DNA from: Halioglobus sp.
GTDB taxonomy: Bacteria > Pseudomonadota > Gammaproteobacteria > Pseudomonadales > Halieaceae
Assembly: GCA_036961205.1 (NCBI GenBank)
Contig: JBALVI010000010.1
Location: forward strand, 18,377 to 82,376
Direction: 5' to 3'
DNA length: 64,000 bases
Part shown: one piece after another, positions 24,046 through 34,901 of the stretch
How the letters are laid out: the number at the start of each line of letters is the position of its first letter
Position numbering within the stretch: position 1 is the first letter of the stretch
Made by a program: the position numbers and the translations under genes
Notes under the pieces: generated by a model
Databases searched by the model: none
What the model saw: the letters and a program-made list of their open reading frames with translations, nothing else
What the model was told of the DNA's origin: nothing

Positions 24046-24551
24046 GGTGAGTACTCCGAGATATTTGGTACAGTTTAACGCCAAAGGTTTGTGTTTGAAT
24101 AGTAGTTTTGAAGCTGCGGAATTTTTTCTTTTGCAGCCAATCATCGCCCCGAAAAGTTTACCCGACAGCTATCGTTAGGCACTGCCCAGCCGTCCAATTT
24201 CTATATGCAATATCCTGAAAATTAAAAACTCATAGGCCACTATTAAGTGAGGACTTTTCGAAAACTAAATTGCTGCCGACCAAAAAATCCAGCCAAAAAA
24301 TAAAACCACTACCGGGACAAGCATCAAAAGAATCATGTTTCTAAGCGATTTCATTTAGATAGCCTCTAATAGTTTAGATCAAAGCGATCAGAGTCGTTCG
24401 AAAATGCCAACGGGCCCACCGGAACCGAGCAGCTGTAGGCTGATGTCGGCACAGTCTGCGCCGGATAGCTGCGTCAAATTCTCGGAACAAAATATGTCAC
24501 GGAGCTAGAACGCTGGGCCGCGTTGCAGCGGTGCGAGGTTAGTAATCATCT

Positions 24552-24890
24552 CTAGCGGACAGCAATCAACTCGACTTCAAATATCAGAGTTGTATTGCCC
24601 GGAATCGGTCCCGCGCCATTGGCTCCGTAGCCAAGCTCGGGAGTTACAGTCAGTCGCCACTTGTCACCTTCCTTCATCATCTGTAAAGCTTCAGTCCAGC
24701 CAGCAATAACACCGTTCACAGGCAAATCAATGGGCTGGCCACGCTCGACAGAACTATCGAAGACTCGGCCATCCTCAAATGTTCCATGGTAGTGCGCGCT
24801 CACGGTATCGGTTGGTCCAGGAGTTGCCCCGCCGCCGCTCTCCAGAATTTCATACTTCAAGCCTGAAGCCGTGGTAATGATATCGCTCAT
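24552..24890 (-). CDS. FKBP-type peptidyl-prolyl cis-trans isomerase
   Basis: 112 aa with VSAHYHGTFEDGRVFDSS...GVIAGWTEAL..M.EGDKWRL..P.ELGYG....GPIPGNTTLIFEVELI. Confidence 0.92.
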   Translation of the reverse strand: MSDIITTASGLKYEILESGGGATPGPTDTVSAHYHGTFEDGRVFDSSVERGQPIDLPVNGVIAGWTEALQMMKEGDKWRLTVTPELGYGANGAGPIPGNTTLIFEVELIAVR

Positions 24891-25030
24891 TTTTTTGCTT
24901 CCAAATTAAAAAAGAAGGCACCATAACATAACAGCCCAAATTCAGGGGCAAGGTGACAATCGAACAACGGGAATTTTTTGCGAAACTAGACTATTCTTAG
25001 CATTCGCATTCTACGGAGAGGTCTGTTCCC

Positions 25031-26950
25031 ATGATTCTACGCAAACACCTGCTGACCGCTATTGCTTTCGGTCTTTTCACAGGCCTACCCGCGTTGGCTT
25101 CTGATGTTATCCCAGACAAGGATAAAATCGTTACTAATAAGCAGAATATTGTCCTGGATATTGGCCAGTCAGACTACTCGCCATATGTCGGGCGCGATTT
25201 TCCCACGCAATTACTCTGGGGGGACACTCACCTCCATACTGCAGTATCGGTAGATGCCGGCACCATGAATAGAATTGGTCAGGAAGACGCTTTTCGTTTC
25301 GCCCGAGGCGAAGAGGTTACCACTACTCACGGTCTTCGAGCTCGGCTCTCCAGGCCACTCGACTTTCTGGTGTTAACTGACCATGCAGAGATGTACGGCT
25401 TGATGCCACAGCTTCTGGCGGGTGACCCGGATATTCTCGCGTCAGAAAAGGGCCAGCGTTGGTACGACATGTTGATGACACAAGATCCAGACAAGATATT
25501 CGAAGCGGCCATGGAAATTGTAGCCTCGCTGTCCCAGAAAGAACCTCCGATCAACAACCCCGCTGCCACACGCAAGGCCTGGGAGGCCTACACAGAACTG
25601 GCAGACAAATACAACGACCCCGGCCGCTTTACAGCGCTTATCGGCTATGAGTGGACTGCGCAGGGTGGCAATAACCTGCACCGTAACGTTGTTTTCAAAG
25701 ACGACGGAGAGACGGCGCGCAAAACAATTCCCTTTTCCCAGTTTGACAGCCAGAACCCGGAAGACTTGTGGCGCGCGCTCGAGCAGTTCTCTGCTGAAAG
25801 CGGCGCACAGGTGTTGTCGATTCCCCACAATGGCAACCTCAGCAACGGTCGCATGTTCGCAGTGACCAACTTTGACGGCAGTCCGCTGACCAAAGAGCTG
25901 GCTGATCTGCGAGCACGTATGGAGCCGTTGATAGAGGTCACCCAGATCAAAGGAGACAGCGAGACTCATCCGTTTCTCTCCCCCGATGATGAATTTGCAG
26001 ACCATGAGACCTGGGACGCTGCCAACCTCAACGGTACCGAGCTGAAAGAGGACTCAATGTTCCAGTTCGAGTACACCCGTGAAGCTCTCAAAACTGGCTT
26101 GAAGTTGAAGAAAAGCCTCGGTGTGAACCCATACCGCTTTGGCATGGCCGGTGGCACGGACTCCCACACTTCTCTCACCGCAGTTGAGGAAGAAAATTTT
26201 TTCGGGAAGCACTCAGGTGTTGAACCCGAACCTCACCGCTGGGAGCATACTGTCATTAGCTCGCCGCTTGATCCTGACCTCACTATTCTGGGCTGGCAGC
26301 AGGCGGCCGCCGGCTATTCTGGCGTGTGGGCGACCGAAAATACGCGAGAGGCGATTTTCGAAGCTATGCAGCGCAAAGAAGTGTACGCCACCACTGGCCC
26401 ACGGATGACGGTGCGCTTGTTCGGCGGCTGGTCATTCACCGACGAAGACATTCAAAATCGTGTGCCGGCCTTCACCGGCTATAAAAAAGGCGTGCCCATG
26501 GGCGGCGAGCTGGGCAAGGCGGAATCAAAAGCGCCTTCCTTCCTCGTAGCAGCGGCTAAAGACCCCTACAGTGGCAACCTGGATCGCATCCAGATAGTGA
26601 AAGGCTGGATGGACAAAAAGGGTAAGACCCACGAAAAAGTCTACGACGTGGTGTGGTCAGACGACCGCAAGCCTAACCGCAACGGCAAGCTGCCACCGGT
26701 TGGCAATACGGTGAACGTCGAGAAGGCAACGTGGGCTAACAGTATTGGTGATCCGGAACTCATCACCGTGTGGAAGGACCCGGACTTCGACACAAAAGAA
26801 TCGGCTTTCTATTATGCCCGGGTAATTGAGATCCCAACCCCACGCTGGACGGCGTATGAAGCGAAGCGCTTTGGTATAAAAATGGATGACAACGTGCCTA
26901 TGACAACCCAGGAGCGCGCTTACACCTCGCCAATTTGGTATACGCCCTAG
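25031..26950 (+). CDS. DUF3604 domain-containing protein (secreted)
   Basis: It has a signal peptide, the WGDTHLHTAVSVDAG motif and a length of about 640 aa, typical of the family. Confidence 0.78.
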   Translation: MILRKHLLTAIAFGLFTGLPALASDVIPDKDKIVTNKQNIVLDIGQSDYSPYVGRDFPTQLLWGDTHLHTAVSVDAGTMNRIGQEDAFRFARGEEVTTTHGLRARLSRPLDFLVLTDHAEMYGLMPQLLAGDPDILASEKGQRWYDMLMTQDPDKIFEAAMEIVASLSQKEPPINNPAATRKAWEAYTELADKYNDPGRFTALIGYEWTAQGGNNLHRNVVFKDDGETARKTIPFSQFDSQNPEDLWRALEQFSAESGAQVLSIPHNGNLSNGRMFAVTNFDGSPLTKELADLRARMEPLIEVTQIKGDSETHPFLSPDDEFADHETWDAANLNGTELKEDSMFQFEYTREALKTGLKLKKSLGVNPYRFGMAGGTDSHTSLTAVEEENFFGKHSGVEPEPHRWEHTVISSPLDPDLTILGWQQAAAGYSGVWATENTREAIFEAMQRKEVYATTGPRMTVRLFGGWSFTDEDIQNRVPAFTGYKKGVPMGGELGKAESKAPSFLVAAAKDPYSGNLDRIQIVKGWMDKKGKTHEKVYDVVWSDDRKPNRNGKLPPVGNTVNVEKATWANSIGDPELITVWKDPDFDTKESAFYYARVIEIPTPRWTAYEAKRFGIKMDDNVPMTTQERAYTSPIWYTP

Positions 26951-27126
26951 CAACTCGGGGAGGGATAACGCTTTGGTGCGATCCTTCTGGAGGGCGCACC
27001 GGCTGAAGAAAGCTGGGATCTTCACCGAAACGAAGGTTTGCAATTATTATGCTTACTAAAAGTAGTGACATCGCCCAGAATTATGTTTTAGTTACTACTC
27101 TTTAAAGACCTCGGGTTAACGCATTA

Positions 27127-30100
27127 ATGAAATCAGAATCAAAGCGATTTGCTGTCGGCATTCGAGTGACTGTCGTTGGCGTATTCATGCTGGCCACGGC
27201 TCTCACCGCGACCTTAGCCATCGGGCTGCAGTATTATTTTGGCCGCACGCTGGCCTCAGAGGCAGCTACAGACCTCTACACCGCTGCTTCCTCTGCCATT
27301 GTTACCAAGTGGGACGCTATCGGTGATCAGAACGCTACCGTTATCACGCTGCTCTCGGACAATCCAACAATAACCAATCGTGATCAAACCGATAAGCACC
27401 TGACAACTTTCGCTAGCGTAATGAAACGCAACCCCCTTTACTACGGCATTTACCTTGGTCATGCAGATGGCAGCTTCTTTGAACTAATAAACCTGGACTC
27501 AAGCCAGACGGCGCGTAAGTCACTTAGCGCTACGCACAGCGACAAGTGGGTGGTGATCAGCATCGATGGGGCTGCTACCGACCGGATCCGGCGCTTCGAG
27601 TATCTGGATGCGTCGTTCAAGACAAGGATTGTTAGAACCGAGCCCACCGATTTTCTGGCAACCGCCAGACCCTGGTATATCGAGGCATTGAAAGCGGACA
27701 AGTCCTACGCGTCGGCGCCTTATTTATTCGCACAATTGGGTGTGCCTGGAAGAACCTTGTCGAAACAGATCGCGGGCACCGATTCGGTCATAGGTATCGA
27801 TATGACACTTGATACCCTCTCGGCATTTTTGCGAGAACAGGAAATTTCTTCGGAATCCGAGCTATTTATTTACAAAGCTGATGGAGAAATCATCGCCTCC
27901 AGCATAAAAGCAAAAGAAGGCAAGGCTCTACCAATACCCGCTTTTTCGCTGACGACGGAAGAACAGGACTATATCGCTTCATTACCGCCATTGGTCATAT
28001 CCAATGAAGCGAACTGGCCACCCATAGACTATACATTGCAGGGCAAGCCGCAGGGCTACTCTATCGACGTAATGCGTATGGTCGCCGCAATGACAGGACT
28101 GGAGATAACGTTTGAACAAGGCCTCACCTGGACCGACCTGGTGACGAAATTTAAAGAGGGAAAGATCGACTTATTGCACTCGGCGCGTTTTAGCGAAGAA
28201 TACGCCGAGTGGGGACTACCAACGAGTAGCTATGGGAAACTCCCCTGGACGCTCGTTACCCGCGAGGGCTCGCCTGCGATCACCAGCTTGGCAGAGTTAT
28301 CGGGGCGCAAAGTCGCTATTCCCTCTGGTTGGTCGATCATACCGTTGGTGGAAAAGCGCTTTCCGGACGTAGAAATTATTGAAACAAAAAACACCTTGGA
28401 TGGCATAGAGCGAGTGTTGGAGGGAAGCGTTGATGCCGCTATGGACGGTGATATGATCTTGCGATACCTCCAGAAGCATTATTTCATCACCGGCATTCAA
28501 TACAATATCGATATAGATATGGGCTCTGGTGATGTACCGGAAAATCTGCACATTATGGCCCAGCACGGTGAATCCCAGTTGGTCGGTATCATAGACAAAG
28601 CGATCGCAGCCCTTGGCCCTGAACAAAGGCAGTACCTTGACGATCAATGGTTGAACTATGAAGCAAGCACGGTTGCGCAGGAAACAGTGGCAGTCCCCTC
28701 TGATGATTTCATCAATGCAGCGAGTGACCCAACAATGCAGAAGAGGCTCCTGGAGGTTGAAATCGAAGGCCGGGAATACTTTGCCTATGCTGCGAATCTG
28801 GACGCATTCGTCCAAGGTACCCTGTCTCTGGGAATGCTAGTACCCAAAGAAGCCGTGATCGATCCATTCATGGACAAAGTTAAGCTGTCCAGCGCGGTCA
28901 CAGCCGGATTCCTCTTGTTGCTTTTACCACTAACGTGGGCGTTTGCTACTCCCATTGTACGTCCAATCAGACAGTTGGCCCGCGAAAACTACAAAGTAAG
29001 AAAGCGTCTTTATGATGAGGTTCAACGGGTGCCCTCTAGCATTAAAGAAATCTACCAGTTGTCAGAATCCATGGTGGAAATGGTGGAGGCGATCAAGGCC
29101 CATGAGATTGCGCAACGTGAGTTGATGGATGCTTTCATACAGCTTATCGCGCAAGCGATTGATGATAAGTCGGCCTATACAGGAGGCCATTGCGAACGCG
29201 TACCCGAACTTGCTCTGATGCTTGCGGAGCGTGCGTCTGCTAGCGCTGATAGCCCTTTCGATCAATTCAAATTGGATAGTGAGGACCAGTGGCGAGAATA
29301 CCGGATAGCCGCGTGGCTGCACGACTGCGGCAAAATCACAACGCCAGAGCATATTGTAGACAAGGGCAGCAAACTGGAAACAATCTACAATCGCATTCAC
29401 GAGGTACGCATGCGCTATGAGGCGCTTTGGAGAGATGCAGAAATCGACTTTTTGAAGGAGCTGATTGACCATCCCGACAAAGAGCAGTCGCTAAAAGAGC
29501 AACTAACGGCTCAGCGCGCCAGACTGCAGGAAGACTACGCGTTTATTGCCGAGTGTAACGTGGGTGGCGAGTTCCTCGACCCCCAAAAGCAGGAGAGGCT
29601 TCTGTCGATCGCAGAAGGTACCTGGGAGCGGCACTTCGATGACCGTATTGGCTTATCGCCCGTAGAAGAGCTCAAAACACCGCCAGCGCAAACAGCCGCC
29701 ATGCCCGTTACCGAACATCTGCTACAAGACCGCCCGGAACACATGATCGAAAGAACCCGTTCGACGGACTATCCGGCCGAGTACAAAATCAATATGGATG
29801 TACCAGAAAAACTTTATAATCTCGGCGAGATCTACAATCTATCGATCTCCCGAGGCACGCTTACTGCAGAAGACCGTTTCAAGATCAATGAGCATATGAT
29901 CAGCACTATAAAGATGCTGGAAAGTTTGCCTTTTCCGGAAGAACTAAAAAACGTGCCACGTTATGCATCGACTCACCATGAAACCATGCGGGGCTCTGGC
30001 TATCCGAGAAAACTACCAGGGGACCAGCTCAGTATTCCTGAACGGATTCTGGCGGTCGCCGACGTATTCGAGGCACTCACCGCCTCTGACCGACCCTATA

Positions 30101-30285
30101 AGAAAGCCAAGCCGATCAGCGTCGCAATTAATATTTTGCATAAGATGGTAGAGGACGAACATCTAGACAGGGACTGCTTTGAGCTATTTATTCGCGATAA
30201 AGTCTATCTGCAATACGCTGAGCGCTTCTTACCCGCTTCACAGATAGATGATGTGGATATCAGCAAGTATGTGACCGCAGCATAA
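27127..30285 (+). CDS. HD-GYP phosphodiesterase with a large periplasmic Cache-like + SBP_bac_3-like sensor region
   Basis: TM1 is near aa 10-35 and TM2 near aa 595-615 (VTAGFLLLLLPLTWAFATPIV). The periplasmic part contains a PBPb-like block (NWPPIDY...GYSIDVMR...). The cytoplasmic part has HD (AAWLHDCGK) and HHETMRGSGYPRKL. Confidence 0.88.
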   Translation: MKSESKRFAVGIRVTVVGVFMLATALTATLAIGLQYYFGRTLASEAATDLYTAASSAIVTKWDAIGDQNATVITLLSDNPTITNRDQTDKHLTTFASVMKRNPLYYGIYLGHADGSFFELINLDSSQTARKSLSATHSDKWVVISIDGAATDRIRRFEYLDASFKTRIVRTEPTDFLATARPWYIEALKADKSYASAPYLFAQLGVPGRTLSKQIAGTDSVIGIDMTLDTLSAFLREQEISSESELFIYKADGEIIASSIKAKEGKALPIPAFSLTTEEQDYIASLPPLVISNEANWPPIDYTLQGKPQGYSIDVMRMVAAMTGLEITFEQGLTWTDLVTKFKEGKIDLLHSARFSEEYAEWGLPTSSYGKLPWTLVTREGSPAITSLAELSGRKVAIPSGWSIIPLVEKRFPDVEIIETKNTLDGIERVLEGSVDAAMDGDMILRYLQKHYFITGIQYNIDIDMGSGDVPENLHIMAQHGESQLVGIIDKAIAALGPEQRQYLDDQWLNYEASTVAQETVAVPSDDFINAASDPTMQKRLLEVEIEGREYFAYAANLDAFVQGTLSLGMLVPKEAVIDPFMDKVKLSSAVTAGFLLLLLPLTWAFATPIVRPIRQLARENYKVRKRLYDEVQRVPSSIKEIYQLSESMVEMVEAIKAHEIAQRELMDAFIQLIAQAIDDKSAYTGGHCERVPELALMLAERASASADSPFDQFKLDSEDQWREYRIAAWLHDCGKITTPEHIVDKGSKLETIYNRIHEVRMRYEALWRDAEIDFLKELIDHPDKEQSLKEQLTAQRARLQEDYAFIAECNVGGEFLDPQKQERLLSIAEGTWERHFDDRIGLSPVEELKTPPAQTAAMPVTEHLLQDRPEHMIERTRSTDYPAEYKINMDVPEKLYNLGEIYNLSISRGTLTAEDRFKINEHMISTIKMLESLPFPEELKNVPRYASTHHETMRGSGYPRKLPGDQLSIPERILAVADVFEALTASDRPYKKAKPISVAINILHKMVEDEHLDRDCFELFIRDKVYLQYAERFLPASQIDDVDISKYVTAA

Positions 30286-30319
30286 GCACGCTGACATCAT
30301 TAATCACGAGTAGCTATCA

Positions 30320-31453
30320 TTGCCTGAAAATGCGACCCCGGAATTAGACAAAGAGATTGGCCCCAATTGGTTCGCCTCTGTTATGGGCACTGGCATTACT
30401 GCCACAGCTGCCGTTGGCCTGCCGCTGTTCGGTGAACACTTAAACTATGTCGGCTTAGGCATATGGCTACTTGCCTCGTTGATGTTGGTAGTAATACTGA
30501 TATTAAAAATCCTTCAAACCGTGTTCAAGCCACATGTCATCAAACGCCAGTTTGACGATCCTGTTATGGCACAATTTTTTGGCGCGCCACCAATGGCGCT
30601 ATTAACGATTGCCGGCGGTACACTTTTACTGGGTCATTATGTGATGGCGCAAGAAACCGCTATCACCATCGCCTGGACATTATGGATACTGGGCACGCTA
30701 GGCGGTATAGCGGCAGCCATTATAATTCCTTATCGCTTGTTTACCCATTTTGAAGTCCGCGAAGACGCCGCTTTTGGTGGTTGGCTCATGCCCGTGGTAC
30801 CACCGATGGTTTCTGCGGCTATTGGCGCAATGCTTATCCCTTATGCTTCTGGCATAGAGCTACAACAAACCCTGTTATACGGCTGCTACGCATTGTTTGG
30901 CATCAGCCTTGTCGCGGCGATGATTATTATCACCTTGATCTGGAGCCGCCTGGCCTACTCAGGTACATCAGGTGGCGCTAGAGTGCCTACGCTATGGATT
31001 ATCCTGGGGCCTTTAGGCCAATCTATAACCGCAGCAGGAGCGTTAGGTACAGCCGCATTACTGGTCGTTGATCAACCAATCGCCAATGGCATGAAAACCT
31101 TCGCGATTCTTTATGGCGTGCCTATTTGGGGTTTTGCGGTTTTTTGGTCGATCATGGCCGGGATGCTAACCTTACGTGCGCTACGAAAAAAAATGCCCTT
31201 TGCTTTAACCTGGTGGGCCTTTACCTTCCCTGTTGGCACTTGCGTGACTGGCACTACACAACTAGCGCTACACACCGGCTTGGCAGCCTTTGAATGGGCT
31301 GCGGTGCTGTCTTTTGCAGGTCTGGTGGTAGCTTGGGGCATTGCCGCGATAGGCACCATTAAGGGCTTCAAAGGGGGGCATATTTTACGCACGCCAACTG
31401 CCTCTGCGCATGTTGTAGCAAAGAAAAACCACTCATACAGAAACCCTAAATAG
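30320..31453 (+). CDS. TDT family (TehA/Mae1-like) anion transporter
   Basis: It has a TTG start, about 10 hydrophobic segments and an N-terminal NWFASVMGTGI motif. Confidence 0.75.
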   Translation: MPENATPELDKEIGPNWFASVMGTGITATAAVGLPLFGEHLNYVGLGIWLLASLMLVVILILKILQTVFKPHVIKRQFDDPVMAQFFGAPPMALLTIAGGTLLLGHYVMAQETAITIAWTLWILGTLGGIAAAIIIPYRLFTHFEVREDAAFGGWLMPVVPPMVSAAIGAMLIPYASGIELQQTLLYGCYALFGISLVAAMIIITLIWSRLAYSGTSGGARVPTLWIILGPLGQSITAAGALGTAALLVVDQPIANGMKTFAILYGVPIWGFAVFWSIMAGMLTLRALRKKMPFALTWWAFTFPVGTCVTGTTQLALHTGLAAFEWAAVLSFAGLVVAWGIAAIGTIKGFKGGHILRTPTASAHVVAKKNHSYRNPK

Positions 31454-31534
31454 ACGACACTAGTTAAATATCGATAATACAGTCTGGCCGATTGATGTTC
31501 TGCCAGAGTTAGCATGTGACCACCAAACGAGGCA

Positions 31535-32026
31535 ATGAATAGCATGATAGAAGTTGACGTACACCGTGATGCCGATCTTTCAGCCGAGGCAGTCTGGGAG
31601 GAAATTCGTCACTTTGACAGAGTGTTGAAATGGGTCCCGGGCGGCGATAAAAGCACCATCAGTGTGAAAGGCGAAGGGGTTGGTGCGATCAGAGATATAC
31701 AGCTGTCTACTCAGGGCTATGTGCAGCATCGCCTGGTCGCTTTCGACGACGAGCAGCGGATGTTTTCCTACGAACTTACGCAGGGCAAACCTATTGGCAT
31801 GCAGGACTATATCGTTGTCGCCAGTGTGACACCTATTGACGAAACGCATTGCAGGATTCGTTGGACTGGTAAAATGACGGCCGACTCAAGCCTCGAAGAA
31901 AGCAAGACTGCCAATGCACTTGAAGTGGCGCTGGGCAATATGATTGTCGGGATCATCGCGCTTCTCAAAGGAGAAGCGCCAGAGTATACGCAGCAGCCAA
32001 ACGAAGATTGGCAGTTGCGCCGTTAG
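31535..32026 (+). CDS. SRPBCC family protein (polyketide cyclase/dehydrase-like)
   Basis: 163 aa with the pattern VWEEIRHFDRVLKWVPG...HRLVAFDDEQRMFSYEL. Confidence 0.65.
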   Translation: MNSMIEVDVHRDADLSAEAVWEEIRHFDRVLKWVPGGDKSTISVKGEGVGAIRDIQLSTQGYVQHRLVAFDDEQRMFSYELTQGKPIGMQDYIVVASVTPIDETHCRIRWTGKMTADSSLEESKTANALEVALGNMIVGIIALLKGEAPEYTQQPNEDWQLRR

Positions 32027-32137
32027 GGCGCTTTGCTGTCTCTCACTACTCAGCCACTTTTTCTGATATCAGGCTATGGTGGTTGCCCTTCAGGTAAAAC
32101 CTGTCGAACCACCACCATGCCAGCCTCTAATCACGCA

Positions 32138-34360
32138 CTAGAATGAATAACTAACACTTGCTGTAACAATCCGCGGGTGCCCATGCGTGCCGATAATGAT
32201 GCCCGCAGGGCCCTCGCCGGTCAGCCCATCTATTCCGAGGTTTGGAAATGGTTGTAAATCCGTGTAGTACTCCTCGTCAGTGAGATTGTCGACATTGACC
32301 ATAAACTCCCAATTGTCACTGACCATCCCGATTTGTATATCGGCCACGGTGTAACTGGGATTGGTGACACTTCCCCCGGGCGAGCCGCCCTCCATTTCAC
32401 CGTTGTAGCTAATTTGCAGGTCCGCTATGAGATTAAATCCGCTCGATAACGGCATATTAAAGCTGGTGGTAAAACTGGCACTTTCGCCTACGATGTTTGG
32501 TGGTTCGTCTCCGCTGAGATCTACACCATCTGGATTTATGGTGCCGCTATCCCACTCTGAATCGATATAGCCTGCAGCAGCGGTTAAAAGAACGTACTCA
32601 TGAGCTTGTAACGCCCCGGTAAATTCGATGCCCATTTGCTCAGAATCACCTACATTGACGATGCCCTCAACCAAGGTGCCATCACCACTGGGGTTAGGTA
32701 CGATGAACTCAAATTGGCGATCATCATAATCGTTGTAAAATATTGCCACGGTAGCGGATGCTCTGCCATCGAGAAGTTCACCCTTCCAACCAAGCTCGTA
32801 TTGCGTGGCCTCTTCGGGGTCAAAGCCTGCGAGCGTCTTGTTACCATTTTTGTCGAAAACCGGTGGCGCGCCGTCTGCAATCGTATTCCAGCCGCCGGGC
32901 TCATAGCCCTCAGAGGCGGTAAAGTAAGCCATACTACCGTTGTCAAAATTTCGGGTAATGGACAAGCGCGGCAACACTTCGGTTTCTTCGCGCGATGCAC
33001 GGTGGCTGTTGCCTGGTGCACCCACGTTGTAATTTATTTCCTCTGAGTCCCAGCGATCAACACGCACGCCGGCGCCAAACTCCCAGGCGTTCCAGTCGTA
33101 GGTAATATTGCCGAATGCGGCCAGATTACTCTTGTCCTCTTTTCTGGTTTCGAAGGGAATTTCGAGAGTGAAAGACGGGTCATCCGATCCCACGGGAAGC
33201 GGGCCTAAAGTCTGTGTGGAGTTCATTGTTTCTTCAAACTCACGCGCATACACGCCGGCAATCCAATTCAGGTTGCCGTCGCCTGTAGAGCTCAAGCGAA
33301 ATTCCTGTGTTATAACCTCTACGGTTTCCGGTCGCGTGGTCTTAACAAAGTATAATTGAGTTAAATCGACGTCAGTGATACGTGTGCTGTCGGTATCGGT
33401 GTAAGAGGTAATCGAGGTGACATCGAAGTTATCCAACTCCCAGACCAGTTCAAGATTCACGCCAGTCGTATCTCTTTCATGCGTAGGGTTTGTGTTGGTA
33501 TCGAGCTTTTTGGAATAATTCATATTCGACGGTTGGCCTAACTCGCGAGACCAGTTATTAACTGGACCGTCATATTCGTTATAGCGTACCGCGGCAAGAA
33601 GTGACAAGTTGTCAGTGATATCTCCTGCTATCGCCACTCGTCCACCGATCTCATCGTATGCGCCAACGTCCTTATCCTGATTGGAAAGCTGTCCAAAAAC
33701 AGGTCCAGGGCTGTTGGGGTTGGTCATAAAACCGTCGTCGCTCCTGGCGAAGCCAAAGGCTCTGACCGCCCAATTATCGCTAAGAGGGATATTGATGCTG
33801 CCTTCGCCATCGACAATACTTTGCTCTCCGGCAAGCAATTTGACCTTACCTGAGAGCGCTTCGGTTGAAGGCCTCACGCTGACATACTTGACCGCGCCGC
33901 CAATATTGCTGCCGCCATAAAGTACACCCTGTGGCCCCTTGAGCACCTCTATACGGTCTAAATCGCCAAATCGCGATGAAGCATCACCAAACAATTGCAC
34001 ATCGTCCAGATAAAAGCCCACGCCCTGAGTCAATCCGAAAGCACCAACCCCGCGAATTGAAACATTCGGGTAGCCATCCGCGCGCATTGACAGGTTCATG
34101 TTGGGTACAGTGAGCCCTATCTTATTCAGGCTCTTGATATTCTGACGCTCAATATTTGCGCCAGATATCGCTACAACAGACTCGGGGATATCAAGCAGAC
34201 TTTCCTGACGCTTGCGCGCCGTCACAAGGATCTCTTCAAGTACTAAAGAGGATTCCTGTGCGTACGCCTGGTGCATGAAGGGGCCGGCGGTCAATAGGCC
34301 AATGGCAGCGGGCAACGCCAGGAGTCGGAAAGCAAAATTACCATATATGTCTTTTGTCAT
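32138..34360 (-). CDS. TonB-dependent receptor
   Basis: 740 aa with a signal peptide, a plug region (LEEILVTARKRQESLLDIPESV, IEVLKGPQGVLYGGSNIGG) and a beta-barrel ending in SVSYSF. Confidence 0.93.
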   Translation of the reverse strand: MTKDIYGNFAFRLLALPAAIGLLTAGPFMHQAYAQESSLVLEEILVTARKRQESLLDIPESVVAISGANIERQNIKSLNKIGLTVPNMNLSMRADGYPNVSIRGVGAFGLTQGVGFYLDDVQLFGDASSRFGDLDRIEVLKGPQGVLYGGSNIGGAVKYVSVRPSTEALSGKVKLLAGEQSIVDGEGSINIPLSDNWAVRAFGFARSDDGFMTNPNSPGPVFGQLSNQDKDVGAYDEIGGRVAIAGDITDNLSLLAAVRYNEYDGPVNNWSRELGQPSNMNYSKKLDTNTNPTHERDTTGVNLELVWELDNFDVTSITSYTDTDSTRITDVDLTQLYFVKTTRPETVEVITQEFRLSSTGDGNLNWIAGVYAREFEETMNSTQTLGPLPVGSDDPSFTLEIPFETRKEDKSNLAAFGNITYDWNAWEFGAGVRVDRWDSEEINYNVGAPGNSHRASREETEVLPRLSITRNFDNGSMAYFTASEGYEPGGWNTIADGAPPVFDKNGNKTLAGFDPEEATQYELGWKGELLDGRASATVAIFYNDYDDRQFEFIVPNPSGDGTLVEGIVNVGDSEQMGIEFTGALQAHEYVLLTAAAGYIDSEWDSGTINPDGVDLSGDEPPNIVGESASFTTSFNMPLSSGFNLIADLQISYNGEMEGGSPGGSVTNPSYTVADIQIGMVSDNWEFMVNVDNLTDEEYYTDLQPFPNLGIDGLTGEGPAGIIIGTHGHPRIVTASVSYSF

Positions 34361-34901
34361 TTTAATGCACCTTATTTAATTGAGTCAGGTATTTCCGGCA
34401 CGCTCTCACTGCGTTTACGCGCAGTAACAACAACTTCTTCGCATTACAGAGCCGTATCAGCTGCCAGCGTGATGCCGGAAAAGCGGCATCCAGCTAACCC
34501 TGTGTCTGCAATCTAACAAATGCTTGGTTTTTTTGTAGCTTTTATTGATCGGAACTACCCTCTTATTCATTTCACATCGATTATTTTTATTTAACGGAGC
34601 AACCAAATTCACGGGCTTGTGTCGCTATTATTACGGCCTCGTGAGAACTGCATATCTGAGGTACCACTAGGGTAGTCCGTTGAGCCTCGACTAATCCTAG
34701 CGATGTGCCATTTGCTTGTGGTAGTAACAGACTACTACTACTGAGGATTACATTTTGAATGGACTAGAGAGGCAAAATATCGCCTGATACCTTGGTGCAG
34801 CGGAGAGCTGTAGCGAATGTTTTTAAGCGCGGGGGGTTGATCGATATTAAGCGGACCCTCCCGGTTGATTCAGAGGGCGAATGCAGCTTGCGAGGCGCTG
34901 A

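Noticed and set aside
32027-32137. Long-loop inverted repeat ATGGTGGTT...AACCACCACCAT between the convergent SRPBCC and TonB receptor genes as a bidirectional terminator
   Set aside because: The loop of about 22 nt, the imperfect arms and the absence of a U-tract make the evidence too weak to call.
34361-34901. Riboswitch (e.g. cobalamin) in the 540-bp leader of the TonB-dependent receptor
   Set aside because: Only two short hairpins (ACTGCG/CGCAGT at about 34408-34425 and GATGCCG/CGGCATC at about 34471-34490) were seen. I could not find a B12-box or another riboswitch core by eye. This needs an Rfam/Infernal scan.
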